This document shows, in pieces, positions 1-12,949 of a stretch of 64,000 nt of DNA. This DNA is from Octopus vulgaris. Lineage: Eukaryota. The first letter of the stretch is position 1. The number at the start of each line of letters is the position of its first letter. A model generated the notes under the pieces. It ran no database searches, was not told the origin of the DNA, and was given only the letters and a program-made list of their open reading frames with translations. Both the position numbers and the translations under genes were made by a program. The DNA lies in contig OX597818.1 in the NCBI GenBank assembly GCA_951406725.2, positions 46,996,001-47,060,000 on the forward strand, given 5' to 3'.

Positions 1-2372
1 GCCAGTCATCACCTACTCTCACCTATCTCCTCCCAACTATTGTATCATTGATCACCCCTTCCATCCTTGTTCACCATCCCCCTACACAATCCCTATAATC
101 ATCACTTACTCTTCCCTAACTTTCCTCCTGCAACATACCACCCTCATCTATTCACTTGGCCTATGTAGAAGAGACTTAATTGAACCATTCTCATGTCTCT
201 ATATAATTCCTTCTCTAGTGCATCTTTTTTTACTTTCCTTGCTTTTCTCTATGACTAGCCATCACACTCTCGCCCACCAACCTACTTAGACCCACTACAC
301 TTGTGGCCCCTCATCTAATCTTTATCCTATCCTCTCATGCACCTTCACCTTTGTCCACCTCTGTTCTTGACAACTCCGCTTCAAATAATCTTTTGCTAAT
401 AACTACATACTACTGTTTCTTTCTTTCTCCCAGCAGCCAACCAGGGCCCTTCTGACATCGTCATCATCTCTCTCTCTCCTCAAGATTATAGAGTACTCTC
501 AGCACTTACTAGCTCTATTCACCCACACCTAGCTTCACTGATGGCATTGTTCCATCCTGTTTCCTCCCTGTAGTGGGTGCTTTTTATTTGCCACCGGTAC
601 AGGAGCCAGTCGGGAGATACTGAGTACTCCCTTACATTGTATTGTGTACAAGGTACTACAGGGCTTATAGTAAAAGGTACTTGCCCAAAATACTATTCAC
701 TGAGACTGTACAACATTGTGAACAAGCGTAAGATTTTTATCTGAAATATTTGACATAATTAAATTCAAGGATCAAATTTGCTATTACTTTAACATATATG
801 TATCATCTTTTTTTTTTTTCAATTTTCTACAGATTACTCAAAAAGTCTTCAGTAAAATCACAAATCATAAAATGAAGACAAAACGGTATTTGGAAAATTA
901 TCAATATTGTCAATTTTGTACAATTGGTAAGTGTATTTAACCATTTTTTTCAATTTCGGAACACTTTTTCTCATACAGTGTGCGTGTGTGTGTGTGTTAT
1001 AGCGTTTCTTATTCCCCTCCAAACAAATATTGGGTCTTTCTGTTATACCAGCATATTTTATGTAGTTATCCCCCTTAGTAGTTATTCCCCTTTGAAGGTT
1101 TTGCCATGCCTTTGAATAACGTAATGTGAAACCTGTTTTCCCATTGACTTCCATGTTGTAAGTTTGCAACCATTTCTATGCATGAAAATACCCAGTACCC
1201 CCTGACTGGCTCGTAAAAAGTACCATCCGAATGTAATCGTTGCCAGGCCCGCCTTACTGGCTCCTGTGCTGGTGGCATGTAAAAAACACCCACTACACTC
1301 TCGGAGTTGTTGGCATTTAGGAAGGTCATCCAGCTGTAGAAACTCTGCCATACCAGATTGGAGCCTGGTGCAGCCGCTGGCTCTCCAGACCTCAGTCATG
1401 TTGCTCCAGTCCACTCATTTGGCAAAAATGAGTAATCCTGTAATAGACCGGCGTCCTGTCCAGGTGGGGAATATTTACACCCTGGAAACTGGGAAACTGG
1501 CCCCTATGAGTCTGTATGACTCAGGAAGGAACTTTGCTACTCACTTAACTAGTTCACGTATCGCGCACTCAGTACATCGCAGAGATTTCTGGTTAATGTA
1601 TATAAATTTATGTCACAGACTCCTCAGTATATCGAGGGTTTCTGCAACCAATAGGTATTTATATTTTTTTTAGATTTTAATTATTTCTGTGGTAAAATAA
1701 GCATTTTCATGCCTAAAAATTAATAAATAAAAATAGAGTACAGTACTGCACATTAATTAAAATATATTAAAAGAAAATACTTAGTGTACTGTAGATGAAT
1801 AAACAAAGAACCGCACATACTGTATGAAAAACGAAACTCAGGAGTGTGTGGTATTGTTCTGCATTTATGATATAACTAGCACTATGACCCAGCAACGCCG
1901 GGTCATAGTGCTAGTGCATGCATATACAGCTGCGTGTGTGCGCACATACACGCGAGTACTGTCCAAATCTCCGACCAATCACATACAGCTAGCTGGCATT
2001 CAATTGGCATATCAAGTTTCGGGTATTTTGATTGGGTTTTGGATAGAAAATTCACAAAAAAGTCACTTGTATTGATTTTTTAATGGCTTTGTGGGGTGAC
2101 TGGGGAAATGTAAAGATGTGGACGACCACCCTTGGACGGTCTTGAATGACCATAGAAAGTGTGAGCCCTCTAACTGAAAAATTGTGGATTTGTATAAAGG
2201 ATACACACACATACAGACAGACATTTTGCCATTTATATATATAGAGATAAATAAATACAAATTATAAAAATGATTAAAAATATATACAGTACAGTACTGT
2301 TTCTATTTTGCGGGTTTTCACCTACTGCGGGAGGTTTTGGAACATAACACCCGCGATAGTCGAGGGATTACT

Positions 2373-2403
<31 letters not shown>

Positions 2404-2825
2404 AGCTTCCTCAGAGTTTCTATCTACCAAATAATACACTTGCATGGCATTGGTTGGCCTGGGGCTATAGTATATAGCCCCAGGCCAACCTTGGCTCTTG
2501 CTCAATCTGCTGCATAGTTGGACTGAACTCAAAGCCACTTTATTATAAAGCAAGCTTCTTAACCACAAAGCCATATAAAATTCCACTTTGATTTTTCTGG
2601 TTATACAGTTGTCTGTTAATTCACCTTAGCAAAACTAATTGCATCAAGATGTAAATTCTGTTGGTTATGTTCTTTTATTTATAATCTCTGAACACTCCTG
2701 TTCACTCCTAAATATTTTTTAGAAGACTATTCTGCTTCTTAACTACAAAACAATTCAATTTAATGACTAAGTCTCTCTCTAATGAAATACTTTCGTTGGA
2801 TTTTTTTTCAGTCATTTCAGGAAGG

Positions 2826-2849
2826 ATGATACGTAAATCAGCTGAGTAA
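2826..2849 (+). promoter_or_regulatory. Upstream ORF (MIRKSAE*) ending 1 nt before the NF-YA ATG
   Basis: ATG ATA CGT AAA TCA GCT GAG TAA, then A, then ATG at 2851, downstream of both candidate acceptors. Confidence 0.55.
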
Positions 2850-2850
2850 A

Positions 2851-3048
2851 ATGGAGCAGTGTCAGTTGACCACAAACTTACTCAATGCAGCAGCAGCTGC
2901 TGGCTGCGATGTTGTTGATCCTTCTCAACAACAACAGATCCAGCTTCTCGCAAATCAATCTCTTCTATCCGCCCAACCTCAACAGCTAACTTTTGTTCAA
3001 AATGTTCCTAGTGGTGCCGTCCAGCTTCAACAAGCCATGCAACCTCAG
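2851..3048 (+). CDS. NFYA: Nuclear transcription factor Y subunit alpha, coding exon 1 (Q-rich N-terminus)
   Basis: ATG at 2851 (MEQCQLTT..., like the MEQ start of NF-YA); pyrimidine-tract acceptors ending at 2811 or 2820; donor CAG|GTAAGT after 3048; 198 nt, phase 0. Confidence 0.85.
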
Positions 3049-3079
3049 GTAAGTTTATGTTCACAAAATTTATCATTAA

Positions 3080-3300
3080 CCCTTTAGTGTTCGCATTATT
3101 CTGCCTAAATTAATCCTTTTTCATCCACATTGTTTTGAACTAATCATGCATTATCTTGTAGCTATGAGATTTTGATGAGGTAGCTGTTAATTTTTAAAAC
3201 GATATTGTAGGGTCGGTGTGAGAGACCAGATCTGGCCAGTTTGAACATAAAACAGGCAGAATACTTTTGGCCGAATATGGCTGGTTTAAATGCTAAAAGG
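3080..3300. mobile_element. piggyBac-type MITE family A (TTAA-flanked, CCCTTTAG termini); other copies ~35237-35450 and ~48891-49111
   Basis: ttaa-CCCTTTAG...CTAAAAGG-ttaa; near-identical copy in the opposite orientation at 48.9 kb. Confidence 0.7.
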
Positions 3301-3750
3301 TTAAGGTTGAATGCTAGTCAAGTCTCAAATTCAACTCTGTTCATTTCTATATTTTCATAATCCTTAAGATTAGTTTAAAGTCCTTTTTAGATATTTTTAT
3401 TGCTTCTCTTTTGACTCTTTATAAAAAAATCAGTGCTTTCCATTAGCCTGCCAAGCTATAAATGTGTATCATAGGTGGATTCTGTTCGCTGCTGTAAACA
3501 GCAGAGGATTGTATAATTGATAAGTATGTTATTAGCTTGCAATGTTCAGTTCAGTTTCTTAAGCTAATAAGGGCAAGATTCTGAAGCTCTAGACATGAAG
3601 ACAATGTTTAGTTAATCTAATTCTGATATTAAATTCATTGTAACAATACATTTTGTACCGTTGTTGTCATTTTAAATAAAACTATTTGTTCTTCATAAAT
3701 TTACATAACGAATAAAAATTGATTTTCTCTCGTGTATTTTTCTTATTTAG

Positions 3751-3906
3751 ATGATTCAGTTAAACCAGGGTGCTTTAGTAAATGCCCCTAATCAACAACT
3801 TATGTTCCAAGCTCTACCTCAAGCAGCCAACCCACAAACAATCCCCATACAAACTGTACAAGGAGGACAACACCCAGCAATTGCTTCAGCACAAACATTG
3901 CAGGCG
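3751..3906 (+). CDS. NFYA: NF-YA coding exon 2 (Q-rich)
   Basis: tttag|ATGATT acceptor, GCG|GTGAGC donor; 156 nt, MIQLNQGALV...QTLQA. Confidence 0.85.
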
Positions 3907-4868
3907 GTGAGCAAACCTTTCATAATTTCTGTTAAATTATGCTTTCTCTTGTATACTTTTACTCCTGAAACTTATTCTTACAAGTTTTGCAGTATTAGCA
4001 ATGTCAGCATACAATAAAAATAATCAAACTGCAGCATGTATGGCTGATATTTTTACCTTATATTGCAAATTGAATTCTGTACAAACCTGACCATTGATAA
4101 TACAAGAAATATTCTATTCCTTTAAAATAATTTTTTAAAAAACTAGTTTGCAGGATTAATAATTTTCTGTAACTGCTATTATAAATACTATTAGCTGTAG
4201 AACACTTATGTTTAAAAAGAAAAACATTGTGGAAAAGAATTGTGGTTATAAACAAAGGAACAGTTTCTAATGGGATTTTAAAATCTTTTGTGACTGTATA
4301 TTTGTTACCATGCAATTGAAATCGACCAAAAATCAATGGAAATTGTAGTTGTGATACCAGTGCCAGTGGCACGTAAAAGAACCATCCAAACGTGGCCGTT
4401 GCCAGCGCCGCCTTGACTGGCCTCCATGCCAGTGGCACGTTATAAACAACCCACCAACCAATCGTGGCCATTGCCAGCTTCGCCTGGCACGTAAAAAGCA
4501 CCCACTACACTCACAGTGGTTGGCATTAGGAAGGGCATCCAGCTGCAGAAACACTGCCAGATCAGACTGGAGCCTGGTGCAGCCTCTTGGCTTCCTAGAC
4601 CCTGGTCGAACCATCCAACCCATGCTTGCATGGAAAGCAGACGTTAAACGACGACGCACTGACTTTGTTTCAATAAATTTTGAAAATAATGATAATTTAC
4701 TAAAATAACTTTGGTGTTATTAAGCTGGTGTTTAGAACATAAATTAACATGAAATTTTGAAGGGAGATTTTAGATCACTTTCAAACAGAATTTATTACAT
4801 GGAAACAAAGAGTGGTTTAGGGATCATTTTCTGAATATTCTTTAACTGTTTGTTTTATTTTCTTACAG

Positions 4869-4925
4869 ATTGATATGTTTTCCACTGGCCAACAGTTTCC
4901 CAACCAATCATTACAACCACAGCAG
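4869..4925 (+). CDS. NFYA: NF-YA coding exon 3 (57 nt, phase 0-0)
   Basis: ttttcttacag|ATT...CAG|GTAAAC; encodes IDMFSTGQQFPNQSLQPQQ in frame. Confidence 0.75.
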
Positions 4926-6555
4926 GTAAACACAGCAGCAATTATTAATTCAACTCTTTCTATTAAATAGTTAGGGCCAAAGAAGTTTGTCATGTGTGTG
5001 TGTGTCCTTGTTTTGACATTACATGATGTTTGCAAACAAGCATCATTTTCATATAAGTGATGTTGTTCATCTCCAATCTTTTATGAAAAACATGTCTAGC
5101 CATGGGAAAATATTCCCTTGCTTGGAAACAGTTGAGGGTAGGCAACTGGAAGAGCATTCAGCTGTAGAAAATCTGCCTCAGCAAATGTCATCTAACCTAT
5201 GTAAGCATGGAAAAGTGGACATTAAACCTTTTGTTACTATATTTCTTTTGAGATGCTCTGTGTTTCTTTCAATTAATTTTAAATATAACAAAGAATTTAG
5301 TAAAATAACTTAGTTATCATTAAACTAGTGTTAGGAACATAAATTGTGACTAAGGTTTGTTGGAAGATTTTAATTCAGAACTTTTGAAAAAAGACATTTG
5401 TACTACAGAGTCAGAATCAGTTTCAGCCGGGTTGGTATCAAAAGGGTTAAATGATGATGATCATGATGATTCTGAGTGTTGACCAATTCAGTAATTTTGT
5501 AGTTGAACATCATTTTATGACAGAGGACTTTCTGCACGAGTCCTTCAACTTTAGGCATACTATGGGAAAATAATTAATTAGCTTTCTGCCTTGATATTTC
5601 TAGATTTGGTTTAAGCTTTCATCCTTTCAGAATTTGGCACATAATTCTTTGCAGTGTTGTAAAGTAAATAATTTAACAAAATAGGAATTTTTTATTTACT
5701 CTAAACCGATCTCCCTCAATATAATTGTCATATCGCACAATTCTAACAAATATGTAATATAACATAATGAGAAACATTTATTCAACTGGAAAAGGCTGCA
5801 AATTCTAATACATAAGAATCATTTTGGAAATTGTCCAGATCCCATTATTACTTATAGCCTCCTGTAGGCCATTATGTACATGCGTGCATGCATGCATATG
5901 TTGTGGACATGCATGTGTGTGCTTGTATTATATACACTGTATGTATACTGAGTTTTATTATTACTGACAATTTTATACTGATTCCTCTAACTACTCATTA
6001 TAATTCATATTGTATTTGAAATCCTTGCCTAGTTCAACACTTCCAATGCTTGTTTGGTCTACTTCTTTTTTTTTTTTAAACCATAATTAAGAAAAAAACA
6101 ATAGATAGTGACTGTGTGTACAAATGTTCAAATGGTACTGCATGAAGAGTGGGGCCCATGCAGCCATTCATCTTTCATTATTATATAATTTATATAATAT
6201 TCATACTCATTCGTTTTGTGTTTTTTGTCCCCACTGTGGTGTTGTGTCTATCCTTGTAGTGTCCCCTCTGTGTTAGTGGCCTGAGTGCCAAATAAAGAAA
6301 AATGTTTGGCCTTCTTTAACTTCTCTTGAAATCCTGCATCTTACAGTTGTCTGAGCATATGGAAACTGAACCTTGTATCAGTGTATATTCTATCACTCAA
6401 AGACTGATTCATCATTTACATTTATTCAAGAAATAATTGCTCTCAGTGTAAATAGATAGTTTGTGGATTGTATGTATGGAGAGTTTGTGTAATGTATATA
6501 CGAATTGTTTATGCATATGCTGACAGTTTTCGGACTTTGTTTTCATTTCTTTTAG

Positions 6556-6712
6556 TTTGTGATTCAACCTGCTCCTAATCAATCATTCATCCCTACTGGA
6601 CAACTTCCTGGTGGCCAGCTCATTCAGACTCAAGATGGTCAACTCATCCTTTGCCAGCCCTTTGTTAATGATTTGATAAAACGTTTACAAACCCAACAAC
6701 AGCAGAGTCCAG
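6556..6712 (+). CDS. NFYA: NF-YA coding exon 4
   Basis: ttcttttag|TTT...CCAG|GTGAGT; GQLIQTQDGQLILCQP resembles the vertebrate NF-YA GQQVAQTAEGQTIVYQP segment; ends in phase 1. Confidence 0.85.
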
Positions 6713-7011
6713 GTGAGTTTCTATTATAATTCATACTCTGTTTTATTTTCCATATTATATCCACACACAGGCATGGATGTGTGGTTAAGAAGTTTGCTCT
6801 GGAACCATGTGGCTTAAAAACCACAAAAAGCCTTGTAAAATGCAGCTACCCAGGGGTTCTTGGCTGAAATATAAATTTATTTTGCCAGTCATCAAGCTGG
6901 TGAAAACAAGACAGTTTAGCAACTGTGTTTGATGTATAAATTTAAAAAAAAAAAAAGAGAAAGAGAGGAATCAAGGGGAGATAATTAACTGTATAGGAAA
7001 AGATAGTCAGT

Positions 7012-8672
7012 CATCATCATCATCATCATCATCATTTAGCGTCCGTTTTCCATGCTAGCATGGGTTGGACGGTTCTGCTGGGGTCTGTGAAGCCAGAAGG
7101 CTTCATCAGGCCCAGTCAAATCTGGCAGTGTTTCTACGGCTGGATGCCCTTCCTAACGCCAACCACTCCGTGAGTGTAGTGGGTGCTTTTTACGTGCCAC
7201 CCGCACTGGTGCCAGACAGAGCTGGCAAACGGCCACGAACGGATGGTGCTTTTTATGTGCCACCGGCACGAGGGCCAGGCGAGGCTGGCAACGGACACGA
7301 AACGGGGCGGTGCTGGCAACGGTCGCGAAACGGAAAGTTCTCTTACATGCCACCGGCACTGGTAACACATCTGCAATTTCCATTGATCGATTTCCATTGA
7401 TCGATTTCGATTCTGATCCTCACTTGCCTCAATGGGTCTTCACAAGCAGAGTTTCGACATGCCACCGGCACTGGTAGCACATCCGCAATTTCCATTGATC
7501 GATTTCGATTCTGATCCTCACTTGCCTCAACACGTCTTCACAAGTAGAGTTTTGTGTCCCAAGAAGGGAAGGTATGCATACGTAGGCTGGCTCCATCCCA
7601 TGTAGAAGGCCACGGGTTGTGGACTCACTTGTCCTGCCGGGTCTTCTCGCGCACAGCACACTTCCAGAGGTCTCGGTCTCTAGTCATTTCCTCAGTGAGA
7701 CCTAAAGTTCGAAGGTCGTGCTTCACCACCTCGTCCCAGGTTTTCCTGGGTCTGCCTCTTCCACAGGTTCCCTCAACCGCTAGGGCGTGGCACTTTTTCA
7801 CACAACTATCTTCATCCATTCTCGCCACATGACCATACCAGCGCAAACGTCTCTCTTGCACACCACAACTGATGCTTCTTAGGTCCAGCTTTTCTCTCAA
7901 GGTACTTACACTCTGCCGAGTGTGAGTACTGACATTACACATCCATCGGAGCATACTGGCTTCATTTCTAGCGAGCTTACGCATATCCTCAGCAGTCACG
8001 GCCCATGTTTCACTGCCATGTAGCATGGCTGTTCGTACACACGCATCATACAGTCTGCCTTTCACTCTGTGCGAGAGGCCTTTTGTCACCAGCAGAGGTA
8101 AGAGCTCTCTGAACTTTGCCCAAGCTATTCTTACTCTAGCAGTTACACTTTCAGCACACCCGCCCCCGCTGCTGACTTGGTCACCTAGGTAACGGAAACT
8201 ATCAACTATTTCTAGTTTTTCTCCCTGGAAAGTGACAGAAGTTGGTCTCAGAGCATTTTCAGTGTTTATTGTTCCTGAGCATCTGCCACATACAAAAACC
8301 ATCTTCCTAGTTAGCCTTCCTTTGACATTGCTGCATCTCTTATGTGTCCATAGCTTACACTTGGTGCATCTTATAGAGTTTCTACCTACACCTTTTCTAC
8401 AGATCGAGCAGGGCCATCTACCTGAAGGTGTTTGTGATTTGTCAACCTTCCTACTGATTACGACTTTGGTTTTAGCTAGATTGACTCTAAGGCCCTTCGA
8501 TTCTAATCCTTGTTTCCACACCTGAAACTTCTCCTCCAGTTCTGATAGCGACTCAGCAATTAGAGCAAGGTCATCAGCATAGAGGAGCTCCCAAGGGCAT
8601 CCTGTCTTGAATTCCTCCGTTATTGCCTGGAGGACTATGATAAATAGGAGGGGGCTGAGTACTGAGCCTTGG
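7012..8672 (-). mobile_element. 5'-truncated RTE-clade LINE (RT C-terminal half plus 3'UTR with (GAT)n tail) in NF-YA intron 4
   Basis: Open frame ~8670-7625 with QGSVLSPLLF, LLYADDLAL, FRYLG and GRGRPRKTW motifs; 3'UTR ends in a (CAT)n run on + at ~7012-7035; short internal tandem duplication ~7345-7550. Confidence 0.93.
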
Positions 8673-8679
8673 TTTTATG

Positions 8680-10690
8680 AATATCAAAAATTACATAAAT
8701 CAACATTGGAATACATTGTGTCCAATACCTACTAAGATGTATTTTGTAAAATGCAGACATGAAGAAAAAAATCTTTCTCTTAGTATTTATACTGTCACTG
8801 GAAATTCTTAAGTCTTTTAAAAAGTATAGTTTTTCAAGTGACTATATGGAACGTCTTTTTGGCCTGTTAATACAAGATTTAGTCTTAAAAAAAGATTATC
8901 TATCTGATGTTGTAGTTGATGTTCTTGTCCTTAAGTCTCACAATTAATACCAAGAGGGTTGTTTCATGTCTTTTCTTGGAATGTCTAAAGGTTGAAAGAT
9001 GATTGTTGTATCTGGATTTAAATTTGCCTTCCATGGATCCGATAAAATGTTTGGTCTCTGTTTGTCTGTTGTCATAGTTTGCTGATATTTATGCTTCATA
9101 AACAATGGAGGATATATCATATGCTTGCCCTAGAGGAGATTTAAATTTATCGCAGGACAGGTCTGAGTTATCAGTTGTTTATTGATATAGGCCTTTAAAT
9201 AAGGTGGGGTATGAATATGTGATTTTTATTGTGAGCCTATTAAATATCTTTCTATACCTATGGTTGCTGGGAAAATGTGATTATATAATAAGAATTGTCT
9301 ACCTATATTGTTCTAATACTTAGGGAGAAGGTTAGGGCAAACCATAAAATATTCTTTTCTATTCTAGGCACAAGGCCCAAAATTTTTGGGGAGGGAGCCA
9401 GTTGATTGGATCAACCCCAGTATGCAAGTAGTACTTAATTTACAACCCCGAAAGGATGAAAGGCAAAGTCGACCTTGGTGGAATTTGAACTCAGAATGTA
9501 AAGACATGAAATACTGCTAAGCATTTCACCTGGTGTGCTAATGTTTCTGCCAGCTCACCGCCTTAGGGCAAACCATAAAATATTGCAGAACCTATTCTTA
9601 TAACTAGATGGTTGAGGAGGTGGAGGGTTATAGAAGATTTTATCAATGAAGCTGTTATCTTGTAAAGTGTCGTTATAATATGAGGATGCCTTTTCAAATA
9701 CTTCTCTAGATGAAGAAAGCCATGTGACTCTATGGCTAATGTTAGGAATTAAGTTCCTAAACATTATAGATAAGTAGCAAGAGTATTTAGTAATATAGTT
9801 TAGATTTTTATTGGGTTTGTGGAAGGGTTTATAGGAATTAGAACTGAGGTCTAAAGAAATATCTAAAAAGTCATCCCATGTTAGATTAGTGACAATAGAA
9901 ATTCTAAGTCCTGGAAAATTAACAGTTGAAATCATTTGTTTTCTGAAAGAGTCCATAACATGGCCATCACAATCTTGTGACTCAGCCAATATAGTATATA
10001 TCATTGCTGTGGTTGAGGAATTTTTAAATAGGATTGTTTAATGTGCAAATTCCAATGCATAATGCAGCAGGGATTTGGTTATTGATGAGTAGAAATCCAC
10101 AATATCAAACTGAATTTTGCTTTACTTTTATTGTGGATGGATTTGAACCAAGATATCACTGAAAAGCTATTGGTCCATAGTAACAGGCTGGAAGATTCCT
10201 TAATTTTATTATTAATCATCATCATCGTCATCGTTTAACATCCGCTTTCCATGCTAGCATGGGTTGGACGATTTGACTGAGGACTGGTGAGCCAGATGGC
10301 TGCAACAGGCTTCAATCTTGATCTGGCAGAGTTTCTATATCTGGATGCCCTTCCTAACGCCAACCACTCCAAGAGTATAGTGGGTGCTTTTACGTGCCAC
10401 CGGCACAAGGGCCAGTCAGTCAGTGCTGGCAATGGCCACGCTCAAATGGTGTTTTTTTACGTGCCACCAGCACAAGAGCCAGTCCAGCGGCACTGGCAAC
10501 AACCTCTTCCCATAAAATAATTTTTTGCTTGCTAAACCTAACTCTGTCTTAGTTGGGTTAATTAGTCTGCATTTTGGTCTATTGTGAAAGTCAGGGTAAT
10601 AAAAAGCTTCCCTCTTAGCTAGACATTCAGTTCTCTCTGTATTAAACTTTTTGGCAAGGGCTTTAGCTCCCACGTTTTTGATTAATAAAG
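8680..10690 (-). mobile_element. Decayed Penelope-like retroelement fragment interrupted by a SINE and an RTE tail
   Basis: Residual motifs PKCRLINPTKTELG (ORF 10416-10802) and FLDISLDL...YKPFHKPN...YI (ORF 9555-10004), typical of PLE reverse transcriptases; many frameshifts. Confidence 0.65.
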
Positions 10691-10705
10691 TTGTGTGCAT
10701 GTTTT

Positions 10706-10750
<45 letters not shown>

Positions 10751-11004
10751 CTGTGTGTGCATGACAGACTTCTTTCAGTTTCTGTCTACTTAATCCACTC
10801 ATAAGGCTTTGGTCACCCTTGGGCTATTGTAGAAACACTTGCCAAGGAGCCATGCAGTTGGACTGAACCTGAGACCAAATGATTGGGAAGCAGACTTCTT
10901 TACCACACAGCCATGCTTGCGTACTATGACAGAATAATACTATACTCTTCCATGCCTATTTGAAATTGTTAATCTAAGTATGTACTTTCTCACAATATTT
11001 TCAG

Positions 11005-11282
11005 GTATTGTCCAGTTAAATAACGGATTAAACTTGGCCTGTACCAGTCCAGCTCCAACTGCTGTTCAACCCGTGACATCATTACAGACAGTTGGTCAAC
11101 TTGCAACAGCTATTGCATCTTCCATGACGTCAGACTCAGTTGTCAATAGTACTAATAATAATAATAATAATAATAGTAATAATAATCATTCTCCACCTGT
11201 AACATCACCCATGCCACCAGACTGCTCATCTCCAGATATTTCTTCATTATCTACCGTTCCTAATGTAAATAACATAGTTATG
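11005..11282 (+). CDS. NFYA: NF-YA coding exon 5 (S/T-rich with poly-Asn)
   Basis: ttttcag|GT ATT joins the phase-1 end of exon 4; ends NIVM|GTAAAA; 278 nt. Confidence 0.85.
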
Positions 11283-12393
11283 GTAAAATATTTTCTATTC
11301 TTTAATGAATATTGTAATTCTTTTCTTTGAAGATTCTAACTGTACTTATTTATTGAAATGTATCGATATTCTTTGTTGAATCAGCCATCATAATATGTTG
11401 TTTAACCTTTTAACATTCACATTCTGTTGTGTCTGGGGAGGGTCATTTTCTTTTTGTGCCTTATAATATAACACACTCACCTGTAAAATTTCCTCTTTTT
11501 TCTTATTTTTATTGTCCTATAAAAATAAGAAAAAAGTGGAAATTTTTATTGTCCACTAAAAATAAGAAAAAAGTGGAAATTTTACCGGTGAGTGTGTTAC
11601 ATTATAAGGCACAAAAAGAAAATGACTCTCCCCAGACACAACAGAATATGCTTCAACACACGAACTCATATAAAGAATCATGCAAACCAAATACAAAAAC
11701 GAAACATTCACATTATTCTATCAAAAATGCTACTTACTTATTCACATTGTTTCGAATTAATCATGCATTTATCTTGTAGCTACGAGATTTTGATGAGATA
11801 ACCGTTAATTTTTAGAGTGATATTATAGGGTTGGTATGAGGGGCCAGGTCTAGCCAGTTTGAACATAAAACAGGTAGATATTTTATATTCCTAGTTTCTT
11901 GCAGGATATTTATGCAATATCATTGGTTTTAATTGCCGAAAATGTACAGCTGAACTAATCAATATTTTGTATCATGAGTCCAAGTCCCCTAAAAGCCAGT
12001 ATGTTGTCCCTATTCAACTCAAATTAACTACAAAATCCCATTTTACAATATGCAAGTTAGTACAAAGAAGTGCATCCAACATTAGAGTGCATATTCTATG
12101 AAAATCTTTTGTTATCTTTTGCTTATTTCAGTCATTGGACTGTAGTCACGCTGGAGCACCATCTTAAATGGTTTAGTCCAGTGGTTCTCAACTAGGGTCC
12201 ACATTCAAGATTGATAAAATAAGTACCAGTCAAATACTAGGGCTGATATAATCAACTAACCCCCCTCTAATATTGCTGACCTTGTACCAAATTGTGCAGT
12301 CATTAGTCAATTTGGTTTTGGGGATTAAGTATTAAATCTTCTGCAAGACACTGGCATCATTTCCAGGGAGGAATTTATCTTTCTTCTGCTTAA

Positions 12394-12615
12394 CCCTTTC
12401 ATTACCAACCTGGCTGAAACCAGCTCTGGCTTTGAGTACAGATATCTTGTTTTCATAAGATTTTGAATTAAAATCTTCCACCAAACCTTAGTCACAATTT
12501 ATGTTCCTAACACTAGCTGAATGATAACTAAGTTATTTTTCTAAATTCTTTGTCTATTTTTAAAGTAACTTAAAGAAACACAGAGCATCTCAAAATATAT
12601 ACAGTAACAAAAGGG
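12394..12615. mobile_element. piggyBac-type MITE family B; other copies ~5226-5445, ~38327-38545, ~48546-48755
   Basis: ttaa-CCCTTTCATTAC...GTAACAAAAGGG-ttaa with a shared internal sequence. Confidence 0.7.
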
Positions 12616-12739
12616 TTAATACCTTGAAACCTAAATTTTGCATTTAACTTGGCTTTAACTATTCAATTAGTCTTACTATTATTACTGTTATTATTTTTTT
12701 TCTTTTTGTATTTTTAATGTCTATTTTCTGTTGTTATAG

Positions 12740-12949
12740 ATGGTACCTGCTGAAAGTTCTAACTCTACAAACTCTAACAGTGGATCTATCTCCAGTGCAA
12801 CAACCATTCAAAGAATACCGATTCCAGGCTCAGATCTTATGGAGGAAGAACCTTTGTATGTTAATGCTAAACAATATCATCGAATACTAAAACGGCGACA
12901 GGCTCGAGCAAAACTTGAAGCTGAAGGAAAATTAAGAAAAGAAAGAAAA
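12740..12949 (+). CDS. NFYA: NF-YA coding exon 6 (HAP2/CBF-B domain, subunit-interaction helix)
   Basis: IQRIPIPG...[30 protein letters not shown] is the diagnostic NF-YA motif; tatag| and AAA|GTAAGT splice sites. Confidence 0.97.

Noticed and set aside
1075-1673. Recurrent ORFs with FLQLDALPNANH or WHVKSTHY here and at many other places
   Set aside because: Translations of RTE 3'UTR fragments, not genes
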